Shown: positions 54,232-63,887 of the stretch, piece after piece
How the letters are laid out: each line of letters starts with the position of its first letter
Position numbering within the stretch: position 1 is the first letter of the stretch
From: an uncultured Acidimicrobiales bacterium
GTDB taxonomy: Bacteria > Actinomycetota > Acidimicrobiia > Acidimicrobiales > SHLQ01
DNA: 64,000 nt
Direction: 5' to 3'
Assembly (NCBI GenBank): GCA_964451305.1
Contig: CAYVHV010000012.1
Span: 8,353 to 72,352, forward strand
The notes under the pieces: model-generated
Seen by the model: the letters and a program-made list of their open reading frames with translations, nothing else
Database searches by the model: none
What the model was told of the DNA's origin: nothing
Program-made: the position numbers and the translations under genes

Positions 54232-55094
54232 GCGAACGCATTCGCGTTCGGGTAGGCGGGGTGCCTGAGCATTTTAATCTCCCGTGGCTCCTCGCAATCG
54301 AAGAGGGCCTGTTCACCAACGCTGGATATGACGTCGAATGGATCGACTTTCCCGACGGCACCGGCGCGATCATGGCAGCTCTTGCCAACGGCGATCTCGA
54401 TATGGCCACTCCACTGACCGAGGGCGCCGTGACAGCTATCGCCAACGGCGCGTCAGCTCGTTTCGTCTCCGTATGGGTTGACTCTCCGCTGTTGTGGGGA
54501 ATTCATGTCGCTGCCGCCAACCATGACGCCACAGTTGCTGATCTCGAGGGGCAGCGGTTCGCTATCTCTCGTCACGGATCCGGTTCTGAGCTCATGGCTC
54601 GAGTACTCGCTGAGGAATTCCAGTGGGCGCTCACGAATGACAGTTGGGTCGTCGTCGGCGGTCTGGACGGGGCGTTGGAGGCACTTCCCAACGGTGATGC
54701 GGAGATCTTCTTGTGGAACAAGTCGATGACCCAGCCTCACGTTACAGACGGCACCTTCGCGAGGGCTGGGGTTCTCTCGACCCCGTGGCCGAGCTTCGCC
54801 GTTGCTTCCAACCCAGATTTTCTTCGAAAACACTCCACGTCGGCAATCGAGGTTTCAACAATCGCTCTTCAGCGTGCGGAGCAACTGTCGAAAAACCCTG
54901 ATCTCGCAGACGAGGTTGCCGAACGGTACGACTTGGCGCTGGCGAGCGCAGCAGAATGGGCTGAAGAGATTCGCTGGACGTCACCAGATGCGGATCTGGA
55001 CACCGCCATGATCACGCAGGTCGCGAGCCGCATGCAGCGCCTCGGCCGAATCGACGAGGTTCCGGAACTGAACGCACTCGCCTGGTTCAGATGA
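54228..55094 (+). CDS. NMT1/THI5-like periplasmic-binding-protein-fold protein without signal peptide
   Basis: ORF 54228..55094(+). MSERIRVRVGGVPEHFNLPWLLAIEEGLF...VEWIDFPDGTGAIMAAL. ATGA overlap with the valS stop. Family call from recollection. Confidence 0.55.
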   Translation: MSERIRVRVGGVPEHFNLPWLLAIEEGLFTNAGYDVEWIDFPDGTGAIMAALANGDLDMATPLTEGAVTAIANGASARFVSVWVDSPLLWGIHVAAANHDATVADLEGQRFAISRHGSGSELMARVLAEEFQWALTNDSWVVVGGLDGALEALPNGDAEIFLWNKSMTQPHVTDGTFARAGVLSTPWPSFAVASNPDFLRKHSTSAIEVSTIALQRAEQLSKNPDLADEVAERYDLALASAAEWAEEIRWTSPDADLDTAMITQVASRMQRLGRIDEVPELNALAWFR

Positions 55095-55857
55095 TGGTCC
55101 AACCACCGTCGACATAGAGGGTCTGACCCGTCATGTAGCTGCTCGCATCGGAGGCGAGGTAGAGCAGCGCTCCATCGAGTTCGTGTTCTTGACCGGCTCG
55201 GCCCATCGGTGCGCCGCGCCTGATGAACTCTTGACCGCGGTCGGTGTCGAACATGGCGTCTTTGGTCATTTCCGATTCGAACCATCCCGGTCCGATCCCG
55301 TTCACGCGTATGGCGTTTCGGGCCCATTCGCTTGCGAGTTCTCGCGTCAAATGCACGAGACCGCCCTTGGCTGCCGCATAGCCAGGAAGCGGTAGTGGCC
55401 CTCCCGCGACCTGACCGAGCACGGACGCGATGTTGATAATCGAGCCGGGTCGACCGCCCTCGATCATCACGTGCGCTGCCCGTCGAGCAAGGTCATATGG
55501 GGCCACAAGATCGATCTGAAGTTCTCTTCGGAAGTCCTCGAGATCATCATCGACGGCCTTCACCGTCCGGCTGATGCCAGCGTTGTTCACCACGACATCG
55601 ATCGCACCAAACTCAGACAAGGCTGCCTCAATAATCGCTGGCACCGCCTCGTCATGGGCGAGGTCTGCCCGTACAACAACAGCGTTGCTCAGTCCGTTTG
55701 CCAGGCTCTCGAGCCGTTCGACACGACGCGCTGCCAAAACCAGTGAGGCCCCTGCAGCATCACACACGCGTGCAAAGCGGGCGCCGAGCCCGGAACTTGC
55801 ACCGGTAATGATGACGACCTTGCCATCGAGACGGAACGTGGAAAGCGGATCGAACAT
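55087..55857 (-). CDS. Short-chain dehydrogenase/reductase (FabG-like)
   Basis: ORF 55087..55857(-). VVIITGASSGLGARFA (TGxxxGxG), NNAG, and Y-x3-K in PGYAAAKGG. Confidence 0.9.
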   Translation of the reverse strand: MFDPLSTFRLDGKVVIITGASSGLGARFARVCDAAGASLVLAARRVERLESLANGLSNAVVVRADLAHDEAVPAIIEAALSEFGAIDVVVNNAGISRTVKAVDDDLEDFRRELQIDLVAPYDLARRAAHVMIEGGRPGSIINIASVLGQVAGGPLPLPGYAAAKGGLVHLTRELASEWARNAIRVNGIGPGWFESEMTKDAMFDTDRGQEFIRRGAPMGRAGQEHELDGALLYLASDASSYMTGQTLYVDGGWTII

Positions 55858-55866
55858 CCTCGAACT

Positions 55867-57969
55867 CTACGCACCAGCGCCGTTCTTGGAGAGGTGGGTC
55901 AGGAGGAAGTCTCGTTGCAGGTGAAGGAGGTTCTCCGCGACCTGCTCCTGGGGGGTCATGTGTGTCACGCCGCTCAAGGGGAGCACTTCGTGTGGACGCC
56001 CAGCTTCGAGGAGCGCCTGACTCAGCTTCAGCGTGTGCGCTGCGACGACGTTGTCATCTGCGAGACCGTGGATGAGCATCAACGGTCGCTCGAGGTTGAC
56101 AGCATCGGACATCAACCCACTCCGCTCGTAATTTTCGGGGTACTCGTCGGGGTGACCGATGTACCGCTCGGTGTAATGCGTGTCGTATAGGCGCCAGTCG
56201 GTCACCGGCGCTCCAGATACCGCCGCGTGCACAGCATCGGGGCGACGCATGACCGCGAGCGCAGCGAGGTAACCACCGAAGGACCAGCCGCGAATCCCAA
56301 CTCGGGAGAGGTCGAGCTCACTTCGAGTTTCAGCGAGCGCGTGAAGTGCATCGATCTGGTCGTCGAGCACCTTGGAGGCGAAGTCCCCCCAGATCTCTCG
56401 TTCGAAGGCTGGCCCTCGATTGGGGGTCCCTCGGCCGTCGATGATGACGACAGCAAAACCCTGTTCGGCAAACCATTGAGAGGTCGCGTACGCGTTGCGC
56501 GACCGGAGCACCCGCTGGGCGTGTGGACCGCCGTACGGGTCTAGAAGCACCGGCAGCGGAGAGCCATCGTGGTCTGCGGGAAGGCAGAGGGCCGTCCGGG
56601 ATTTCTGGGTACCCAACTGGTGGAACGTCGGCGTCGATGCAAAACCCGGGCTATCAGCGAAGGAGTCGATAGTCGTCTGGCTGCCATCACCCCAGTGGAC
56701 CACGGTGACGGTGTCACCATCGGGGCGCGCCGTTGCCACCACGTGGGTCGGACCGCCAACGCTGACCGTTACGAAGAGGTGCTCACTGGTGAGTAATTCG
56801 ATCGAACCGTCGAGTGAAAGTTTGGCGAACAACGAATCGGTTCCATCGGTGGTCACCGTCGCAAGGATCACTCCATCCTCGACTGCGATCAGAGAGCGAA
56901 CGTTGTAGCCGTGGTCGATGGGAGCAGTGTCGACGGCGACCTTTCGGGTGTCGCCATCATCGACGACCATGATGACGCCGAGTTCGGACTGGTGAGGAGT
57001 ACCCGACTGCAACTCAACCCAGTGGGCGTCGGTGATCCGTTGCACTTCTTCGGCCGCGCCCGTGTCGGGGTCGAAATCGATGATGGCCAGCGTCTTCTGA
57101 TCCCGCGTTTGAACGGTGCAACGAACCACGTCTCGAGATTCGAGGGACAGCCACTGGACCGAGGCCAGGTACTCGAACTCGCCCCGACTCCAATCGATCT
57201 GCCGCTCCGGTCCGGCATCGACATCGAGAATCCAGAGCTGGACATCCGCATTGGTCGTACCAGCCGCGGGGTAACGGATTGCCCGCGGCGCGCTCCACGG
57301 TTGTTCCGGAGACGAGATCCACCATTGGTCCACCGCGGACGTATCCACCCGAGCCGCCACCAGACGTCGGCCCGATGGCGACCACCAAAACCCTCTCCCC
57401 CGCTTCATCTCTTCGGCTGCAACGAACTCGGCAGAACCCCAAGAGACGTCGTCGCCACCCTCGTCAGTTCCCGGAACGAGACGGTCGGTTTCGCCATTCG
57501 TCAGACGAAGGGTTGCACCACTGACGTACGCCACCCGCGACCCATCGGACTCAAAGCGAGGGTCAAAGACGTTGCCATCGGTGACCATCGACGTGATCTC
57601 ACCATCGTCACGTACATGAAAGAGTTCGCCGCCGAGGGAAAATACAACCTCGCTATTGTCCGGACGGGCGGAGAATGACACCACCCCGCCCTGTTGCTCT
57701 CGAGCTCGCTCGCGGCGCGCCCGCTCGGCATCGGTCAGGTCACGATCGCTGCGGCCACTCGCATCGAATAACGCCACAGGCTCCTCACCAGCGCGCACGA
57801 TCCACAAGCTGTTGTTGGGATCGAGCGGTCCGGCAGAACGGAGGAACAGCACCGATGAGCCGTCCGCGGCCACCGAATAGGACCGAGGTGCACCGAGAGA
57901 GAATCGCCGTGTCGCTGCGTGGCGACGCGGAAAGGACTGAACAAATTCCGAAGTTTGCAATTTAGTCAC
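55867..57969 (-). CDS. S9-family dipeptidyl aminopeptidase / prolyl oligopeptidase-like serine peptidase
   Basis: ORF 55867..58380(-) trimmed to in-frame GTG 57969 (VTKLQTSEFVQSFPRRHAATRRFSLGAP...). Propeller region, then GIRGWSFGGYLA (GxSxGG), ...HGLADDNV... and ...GVTHM. Confidence 0.8.
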   Translation of the reverse strand: MTKLQTSEFVQSFPRRHAATRRFSLGAPRSYSVAADGSSVLFLRSAGPLDPNNSLWIVRAGEEPVALFDASGRSDRDLTDAERARRERAREQQGGVVSFSARPDNSEVVFSLGGELFHVRDDGEITSMVTDGNVFDPRFESDGSRVAYVSGATLRLTNGETDRLVPGTDEGGDDVSWGSAEFVAAEEMKRGRGFWWSPSGRRLVAARVDTSAVDQWWISSPEQPWSAPRAIRYPAAGTTNADVQLWILDVDAGPERQIDWSRGEFEYLASVQWLSLESRDVVRCTVQTRDQKTLAIIDFDPDTGAAEEVQRITDAHWVELQSGTPHQSELGVIMVVDDGDTRKVAVDTAPIDHGYNVRSLIAVEDGVILATVTTDGTDSLFAKLSLDGSIELLTSEHLFVTVSVGGPTHVVATARPDGDTVTVVHWGDGSQTTIDSFADSPGFASTPTFHQLGTQKSRTALCLPADHDGSPLPVLLDPYGGPHAQRVLRSRNAYATSQWFAEQGFAVVIIDGRGTPNRGPAFEREIWGDFASKVLDDQIDALHALAETRSELDLSRVGIRGWSFGGYLAALAVMRRPDAVHAAVSGAPVTDWRLYDTHYTERYIGHPDEYPENYERSGLMSDAVNLERPLMLIHGLADDNVVAAHTLKLSQALLEAGRPHEVLPLSGVTHMTPQEQVAENLLHLQRDFLLTHLSKNGAGA

Positions 57970-57996
57970 CCCATCATCTTGGCCCGAGGGCCGACT

Positions 57997-58455
57997 ATGA
58001 GGAATGATGATTCGGTGAGTACCGAAATTCAGGTCGATGATGAAACACGGGCGGCGCTGCTGCTCTTCAACGAGCGCGTGGAAGCAACCGCTGCTGCCGA
58101 GCGAGGCAAGAAGAAAATTGCCAAGGCCGAACGCGCGAAAGCTGAAGCTGCGAAAGAGGTTCGACGGGTCAATGACAACCCCGACGCAACCGCCGAGCAG
58201 AAGGCCGAAGCCGAGGCTGCCTACAAGGCAGCGTCCGATCACTTCCAGGTCGTACAAGCCAACCCGCTCGCCGGAGAACAGCGCCCCAAGCCAAAGGCCG
58301 AAGAGCCCCCGGCAGCTGACACAGCGGACGACTCTGGTACCGCAGACGGCTCTGAGGCCTCCGCCGACGCCCCTGCCCAAGGAGACGAGCTGGCCGAGGC
58401 GAGCGCTGACGAAGAAGCGCCGTCATCTGAAGAAGCGTCACCCGAAGGGGAATAG
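57997..58455 (+). CDS. Hypothetical Lys/Ala/Glu-rich low-complexity protein
   Basis: ORF 57919..58455(+) trimmed to ATG 57997. ...AAAERGKKKIAKAERAKAEAAKEVRR...AEQKAEAEAAYKAA..., with an acidic tail. Confidence 0.45.
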   Translation: MRNDDSVSTEIQVDDETRAALLLFNERVEATAAAERGKKKIAKAERAKAEAAKEVRRVNDNPDATAEQKAEAEAAYKAASDHFQVVQANPLAGEQRPKPKAEEPPAADTADDSGTADGSEASADAPAQGDELAEASADEEAPSSEEASPEGE

Positions 58456-58464
58456 CTTCCGTTC

Positions 58465-59541
58465 ATGGGCGCTCACATCACAGGTTCGGGTATCTACTTG
58501 CCCGACAACGTCGTCACCAATGACGACCTTGCGACGATTATGGACACGTCCAATGAATGGATCGTCAAGCGAAGCGGCGTCGAAGAACGACGCGTCGCTC
58601 AGCCTGGCGTCGGTTCAGCTGAGCTAGGCGCTCAGGCGGTTCTAGCGGCTCTCGATGACGCTGGCCTTGAACCGGCGGACGTCGATGCGATCGTGTCGGC
58701 CACCATGACCCCAGATCATTACGCACCTGGTAACGCTCCACTCATCCAGCATCGAGCTGGCCTCGGGAACGTCGGAGCCTTTGAGGTTCGGCAACAATGT
58801 GGTGGTTTCTTGTACGGCATGGACCTTGCCGACATGTTGATCGCAACAAACCGCGCCGAAACGGTCGTCGTCGTCGGAGCCGAAGCCCATCGGGGCTACA
58901 TGCCATATGGAGCGAGCCTCGATATTCTCCTTGGCACATCGACGGCCGAACCCACTGCGGACGACTACGAAGCAGCGACGGCCAGCAGAGCATGGAGCGT
59001 GCTCTTTGGCGATGCGGGTGCAGCGATGGTTTTCCAGCCCGGAACCGATGAGACCGGAGTGCTCGGCTCCAGCCTTCATAGCAACGGTGACCTCTTCGAT
59101 CTCATCCACGTGCCCGGACCCGGTTTTGTCCATCAGCCGTGGTCGAGCTCGGCACAGATCGAAGCTGGACTCCACAACCCACAGATGAACGGGCGCGAGC
59201 TATTCCGCCAGGCGGTCCGCCTCATGCCAGAGTCCGTACTCGGGGTCCTCGACGACTCTCCGTTCGAACTCGACGACGTCGACATGGTGCTCGCTCATCA
59301 AGCAAACCAACGAATCCTCGACGGCATCGCGAAACAGCTCGATATCGCTCCGGAGCGTGTCCCATCGAACATTTCAAAGTACGGCAACACCACCGCAGCG
59401 ACGCTTCCGTTGCTCTACCACAGTGTCCGAGATGAGCTCGCCGATGATGCCCTGCTCGCGTTCACGGCGTTTGGAGCAGGCGCCCACTGGGGCGCCATGC
59501 TCTACCGCGAGCCGTCGTCAGCGCCTACTTCTGCTTCGTAA
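58465..59541 (+). CDS. 3-oxoacyl-ACP synthase III (FabH-like KAS III)
   Basis: ORF 58465..59541(+). ...NEWIVKRSGVEERR..., active-site Cys in VRQQCGGFLYG, ...LAHQANQRI... (His) and ...YGNTTAATLP... (Asn). Confidence 0.8.
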   Translation: MGAHITGSGIYLPDNVVTNDDLATIMDTSNEWIVKRSGVEERRVAQPGVGSAELGAQAVLAALDDAGLEPADVDAIVSATMTPDHYAPGNAPLIQHRAGLGNVGAFEVRQQCGGFLYGMDLADMLIATNRAETVVVVGAEAHRGYMPYGASLDILLGTSTAEPTADDYEAATASRAWSVLFGDAGAAMVFQPGTDETGVLGSSLHSNGDLFDLIHVPGPGFVHQPWSSSAQIEAGLHNPQMNGRELFRQAVRLMPESVLGVLDDSPFELDDVDMVLAHQANQRILDGIAKQLDIAPERVPSNISKYGNTTAATLPLLYHSVRDELADDALLAFTAFGAGAHWGAMLYREPSSAPTSAS

Positions 59542-60175
59542 CGACGTAGGTGTCGGCGAAGCGGTCCATAACCGTCCGGTGTTCGGGATCACTGAACAAG
59601 AACACGAGTGACACGATGTTCAAGATTCCCTGCCCGATCAGGCTGATCAGGATGCCGAGGACCGGGATCACAGTGAGGATGTCGAGAATGTGATTGCCGC
59701 TTCGTTTGATGCCGTCGGGGGTGCCGAGTGGTTCGGTTCCGTCTGCTCGCACGATGCGGAGGCCAAGAATTTGCTTGCCGACCCCACCGCTCATGAAGGT
59801 GTTCATCAGCGTGTGATAGGTGGCGATGAGGATCGTGCCGATCAGACTGAGAAGCACGAAGCCACCCGAGGTGAGGTCGAGAGAATCGCCGCCGCCCGAA
59901 AGCGTCCCGGTCAGCACCGCTCCGCCGCCGAAGATGGCGCCAACAATTCCGACCAGAATGCCATCGATAATGGCAGCAGCAACACGCATCCACGGGTCAG
60001 CAAGTTCACGTCCGTTGGCGATTGTCGACGCACCAGGAACAACGAAACCACTCTGCTGTTGGGCGCCTTGTTGCTGAGGTCCGCCGACCCACTGGCCGCC
60101 GTCCCACCACCGAACCGTTCCTGGAGGGTCTCCCTGCGCTGGGTACCAGCCTGCCGGTTGACTTGATCCACTCAT
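59525..60175 (-). CDS. RDD-family membrane protein with N-terminal GWYPD-type (DUF2510-like) motif
   Basis: ORF 59525..60190(-). PAGWYPAQGDPPGTVRWWDGGQWV, then the RDD region RVAAAIIDGILVG...RIVRADG. Start at ATG 60175 or 60190. Confidence 0.65.
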   Translation of the reverse strand: MSGSSQPAGWYPAQGDPPGTVRWWDGGQWVGGPQQQGAQQQSGFVVPGASTIANGRELADPWMRVAAAIIDGILVGIVGAIFGGGAVLTGTLSGGGDSLDLTSGGFVLLSLIGTILIATYHTLMNTFMSGGVGKQILGLRIVRADGTEPLGTPDGIKRSGNHILDILTVIPVLGILISLIGQGILNIVSLVFLFSDPEHRTVMDRFADTYVVTKQK

Positions 60176-60344
60176 TGATCTCTCCCACACGTGCTTGCGT
60201 TCGTTTGTAACGCGGTGTTATCCAACTCCACACTATGCGACCAACGGTTTCAGGTTTGGGATTCTTCCCCCATGCTGCGAAAACTGAACACGCATCGCCG
60301 TATGTTCTGTCCGGAAAACCACGAAATGGACCTACTCTGGGCAC

Positions 60345-61202
60345 GTGGATCCAATTCGCTACGAGTCACATCCTGTACCGGAGCTCGAGCAACCCATCTT
60401 CGTGATGGCCTTTAAAGGCTTGTTCGATATGGGCGAGGCAGCGACGGCAGCGGTCGATTGGCTATCGATGACACACAACGGAAAGCCCGCCGTGTCGATC
60501 GATCCCGAATTGTTATTCGACTTCCAGGAAACACGGCCCGAGATCAGGCTCGGCGCGAACGGAAATCGTGAGATCCATTGGCCAGCCAACAATGTGGTCT
60601 GGGCCAAGACGCCAGCGGGATCACCGGACCTTGTTCTGCTCAGCGGCGTAGAGCCAAACCTGCGGTGGCGGTCGTTTTGCGCGACGCTCGGTGAGATCAT
60701 TGAGAACTTCGGTGTCACGAAGGTGATTACTCTTGGCTCCGCCCTCGCAATGGTTCCCCACACCCGGTCGTTCCCCGTCACTGCTTCGACCCGGGATGAG
60801 AACCTCGCCGCTGCCCTCGAGGTCGGCCAGCCAACATATGTTGGACCAACGGGCTTGATCGGATCATTCCATCAGCACCTCGCCGGCTCAGAGACCCCCG
60901 TGCTGTCGCTCCGGGTGAACGTACCCCACTATGTCCCGGGTAGTCCGTCGCCGAAAGCAACGTCTGCGCTACTCGCTCGTCTCGAAACGCTTTGTGGTGT
61001 CCCAACCGACCATGTTGGCATGGCTGATGATATTCGCGATTGGGAGTCTCGGGTTCACCAGGCTCTCACCGATGACGACGAGGTCCGCGCGTATGTTGCC
61101 GACCTCGAACTCAAGAGTGACAGCGAGCCGGCAATCGTCTTCGACGCTGGCGATATGGCTGACGAGGTCGAGAAGTTCCTCCGCAATCAAGACGAGACCT
61201 AG
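60345..61202 (+). CDS. PAC2 (proteasome assembly chaperone 2-like) family protein
   Basis: ORF 60345..61202(+). ...PIFVMAFKGLFDMGEAATAAVDWL...LLSGVEPNLRWRSF...PHYV... resembles the actinobacterial PAC2 family. GTG start. Confidence 0.6.
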   Translation: MDPIRYESHPVPELEQPIFVMAFKGLFDMGEAATAAVDWLSMTHNGKPAVSIDPELLFDFQETRPEIRLGANGNREIHWPANNVVWAKTPAGSPDLVLLSGVEPNLRWRSFCATLGEIIENFGVTKVITLGSALAMVPHTRSFPVTASTRDENLAAALEVGQPTYVGPTGLIGSFHQHLAGSETPVLSLRVNVPHYVPGSPSPKATSALLARLETLCGVPTDHVGMADDIRDWESRVHQALTDDDEVRAYVADLELKSDSEPAIVFDAGDMADEVEKFLRNQDET

Positions 61203-61205
61203 CTC

Positions 61206-61223
61206 GCGGCGATGGGTCGCCGC
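61206..61223. terminator. Short GC hairpin in the convergent spacer (possible bidirectional terminator)
   Basis: gcggcga tggg tcgccgc: 7-bp perfect stem, 4-nt loop. No clear U-tract. Confidence 0.35.
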
Positions 61224-61225
61224 TG

Positions 61226-62212
61226 CTACGCGCTCACATCGACGACGACCCGGCCTCGGATCTTGCCGCCGATGATTTCGTCTGCGACCCGCGGTACGTC
61301 GTCGAGGCCAACTTCGCTCGTGATTGCATCGAGCAGGTTAACGTCGAGATCTGTCGTCAGACGGTTCCACGCAAGTTCGCGTCGCTCCGGTGTCTCGTGG
61401 ACCGAATCCACGCCGATGAGCGCGATCCCTCGCAAGATGAGCGGAGCGACCGTCGTAACAAGATCCATACCCTGGGCCAAGCCACACGCAGCAACACACC
61501 CCTTGGGAGCGGTCGCAGCGAGGACGTTGGCGAGCGTATGGCTTCCAGCCACGTCGATGGCTCCCGCCCATCGGGCTTTCGCCATCGGCCGCCCTCCCGG
61601 TTCGTTCAGTTCGTCGCGGTGCAATAGTTCGGTCGCTCCGAGCGACCGAAGGTACTCGCCAACTTGTTCGACTCGACCTGTCGATGCGATCACCTCGTAG
61701 CCGAGCTTTGCAAGGACAGCCACAGCGACAGAGCCAACGCCACCGGCCGCGCCGGTGACGAGGATCTTTCCGCGTTCGGGCGTGAGACCGTGGTCTTCAA
61801 GCGCGAGCACCGACAACATGGCGGTGTAGCCGGCAGTCCCGATCGCAGCCGCTTGATAGGTCGAGAACTCAGCGGGAATCAGCGTGAGCCATTCCCCTTG
61901 CACACGAGCACGCTCGGCCAGCCCGCCCCAGTGTTTCTCCCCGACATCCCAGCCGTTGAGGACAACCCTGTCGCCGGCCTTGAGCTTGTCGTTCTCTGAG
62001 TTGAGAACCGTGCCAGCGAAGTCGACACCAGGAACCATCGGCCAACTTCGAACAATCGGCGAGCTATTGGTTATCGCCAGACCATCCTTGTAGTTGACCG
62101 TCGAGTATTCGACGGCGACCAGAGTGTCGCCGTCAGGCATCTGATCATCGTCGATCTCTGCGATCTCGATCGAAAATTCATCGTTGACGTTATTGAGGAG
62201 AACTGCTCGCAT
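61226..62212 (-). CDS. YhdH/AcuI-type NADPH:quinone oxidoreductase / acrylyl-CoA reductase (MDR superfamily)
   Basis: ORF 61226..62251(-) trimmed to ATG 62212. MRAVLL...VAVEYSTVNYKDGLAI...PGVDFAGTV...VTGAAGGVGS. Confidence 0.8.
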   Translation of the reverse strand: MRAVLLNNVNDEFSIEIAEIDDDQMPDGDTLVAVEYSTVNYKDGLAITNSSPIVRSWPMVPGVDFAGTVLNSENDKLKAGDRVVLNGWDVGEKHWGGLAERARVQGEWLTLIPAEFSTYQAAAIGTAGYTAMLSVLALEDHGLTPERGKILVTGAAGGVGSVAVAVLAKLGYEVIASTGRVEQVGEYLRSLGATELLHRDELNEPGGRPMAKARWAGAIDVAGSHTLANVLAATAPKGCVAACGLAQGMDLVTTVAPLILRGIALIGVDSVHETPERRELAWNRLTTDLDVNLLDAITSEVGLDDVPRVADEIIGGKIRGRVVVDVSA

Positions 62213-62257
62213 GGCGCCTGACCCTAGGCGCTCTTTGCGAATTCGACGCAACCGCAG

Positions 62258-62938
62258 CTATGACGCTGAGTCTTGTGGAGTGGTCGTCGGGTGCTGAACA
62301 GCCGGCAGATTCTTCAGGCTCGTCCAGTTCTGGAAGGCCATCGCTCCCAAGATGATCGGGGCAAACAACAGGTTCGTCACGAACCAGAGCACCGGGGCGA
62401 GCACCGCAGCGATGGCGATCGATACCCATGCGGCCCGGCGTCGTCGTTCGAGTGGATCTCCCGGAAGGAGGTCGGTCATGATGTGGCCGCCATCGAGAGG
62501 GACGATCGGCACCAAGTTGAACGCGCTCCAGCCAAACGTTGTGAACAAGCCGATGTTGAACAGGTTCCTCACGAATACCGTGTCTTCGACTACCCCGGCG
62601 CTTCGAACAGCAAGAATGATCGCTCCGAGGACGATGCCGGTGAGCGGCCCCGCGAAGCTAATGAAGATCGACTGACCCCGGCTTGGAGGCTTGGCCAGCC
62701 GATATCGGGTGAGGCCCGCCATCCCAGCGAGACTGATCTGAGGTGTCCCTACCGTTCCCTGCGAACGAGCGGCGAACGCATGCCCAAACTCGTGGATGAG
62801 GACAGCCACCACTGCAATGATGACGAAGGCGACGATCAGGTCGATCCGGTCATCGAAGGAGATAAACCCGAGGAACCCGAGGGTCAGCAAGAACGAGCCC
62901 TCAATGTTGACGGGAAATCCTAGTAATCGAAATGCCAT
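62258..62938 (-). CDS. M50-family site-2 protease-like membrane metalloprotease
   Basis: ORF 62258..62938(-). LIHEFGHAFAAR (HExxH within a TM helix) and NLVPIVPLDGGH (the second conserved motif). Confidence 0.8.
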   Translation of the reverse strand: MAFRLLGFPVNIEGSFLLTLGFLGFISFDDRIDLIVAFVIIAVVAVLIHEFGHAFAARSQGTVGTPQISLAGMAGLTRYRLAKPPSRGQSIFISFAGPLTGIVLGAIILAVRSAGVVEDTVFVRNLFNIGLFTTFGWSAFNLVPIVPLDGGHIMTDLLPGDPLERRRRAAWVSIAIAAVLAPVLWFVTNLLFAPIILGAMAFQNWTSLKNLPAVQHPTTTPQDSAS

Positions 62939-62987
62939 AGAAAACTCTCTGTAGATTCCGCGGCAGTCACGAGCCGTGCTTTTCAGG

Positions 62988-63887
62988 CTATTCGAGTTCT
63001 AGCCCACTTCGTTCTTCGGCGGTCAAGCAACTTGCAATCTGAGAATTGACCCGATCCTGATCGTCAACGTTTCCGGACAGGTCGGCTTCGATGGTGACTC
63101 GCACGAACTCGCGGTCGTCATAGAGGCCATCGATGCAGCCGACCGTCGGCGCGGAGAGCTCCAAGGAGACCTGCTCTCCAATAGCGCGACCGACCGAAAC
63201 GCACTCGGTATAGAGGTCGAGGAATCGGTTCTGCACCTCGGTGTCGGCGATGAGAAAGTCAAAAGGTTCTTCTTCGAGCAATGCCGCCCAGAAGGGTTGG
63301 TACTCATCGCCGGACTGGAGTCGAGAAGAAACACAGGCTGCTTCGGTCGGCGGAAGGGGTGCGCCGCCGGCCACGATGAGTTCGGCGGAGAAGTCATCGA
63401 TCGCGGCTGGCGTTGCGCACGCCTGCACAGCACTGATGACGGCGTTGAGTTCACCCTCACCAGCGTCGGCGGCGGTTGCCGCGGCCTCGTCGGCGCATGC
63501 CTGCTCGTCGAGCGAGAGGACGAGGCCCGAGATTGCAAGCTCGGTGAACGTGGCAGCGTTCTCGGAGTCTTCATCGACCACGAACGCTGGTGGGACATCG
63601 CCATCTCCGCCAACGCCGACCACCGCGTCGTCATTTTCTGGATCGACCCCTGCGCCATCTTGGCCGTCATCGGCTCCATCACCGGCTGCTGGAACGGTTG
63701 CAGTGACATCACCTTCGGTGACGACCTCACCGGATGAATCGTCATCGTCACCATCTCCATCAGAGTCGGTTGGGGTGGTCGTGGTCGTCGTATCGGTGTC
63801 ACCTGGCCCTGGCTCGACGATCGAGTCGGCCTGGCCACAGCTTGCGAGTAGCAAGGCAGCGATGAACATCTTCACGACGAGCTTCAT
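62988..63887 (-). CDS. Hypothetical acidic lipoprotein
   Basis: ORF 62988..63887(-). MKLVVKMFIAALLLASCG gives signal peptide plus lipobox, then a T/D/G-rich low-complexity linker and a Cys-containing C-terminal domain. Confidence 0.65.
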   Translation of the reverse strand: MKLVVKMFIAALLLASCGQADSIVEPGPGDTDTTTTTTPTDSDGDGDDDDSSGEVVTEGDVTATVPAAGDGADDGQDGAGVDPENDDAVVGVGGDGDVPPAFVVDEDSENAATFTELAISGLVLSLDEQACADEAAATAADAGEGELNAVISAVQACATPAAIDDFSAELIVAGGAPLPPTEAACVSSRLQSGDEYQPFWAALLEEEPFDFLIADTEVQNRFLDLYTECVSVGRAIGEQVSLELSAPTVGCIDGLYDDREFVRVTIEADLSGNVDDQDRVNSQIASCLTAEERSGLELE

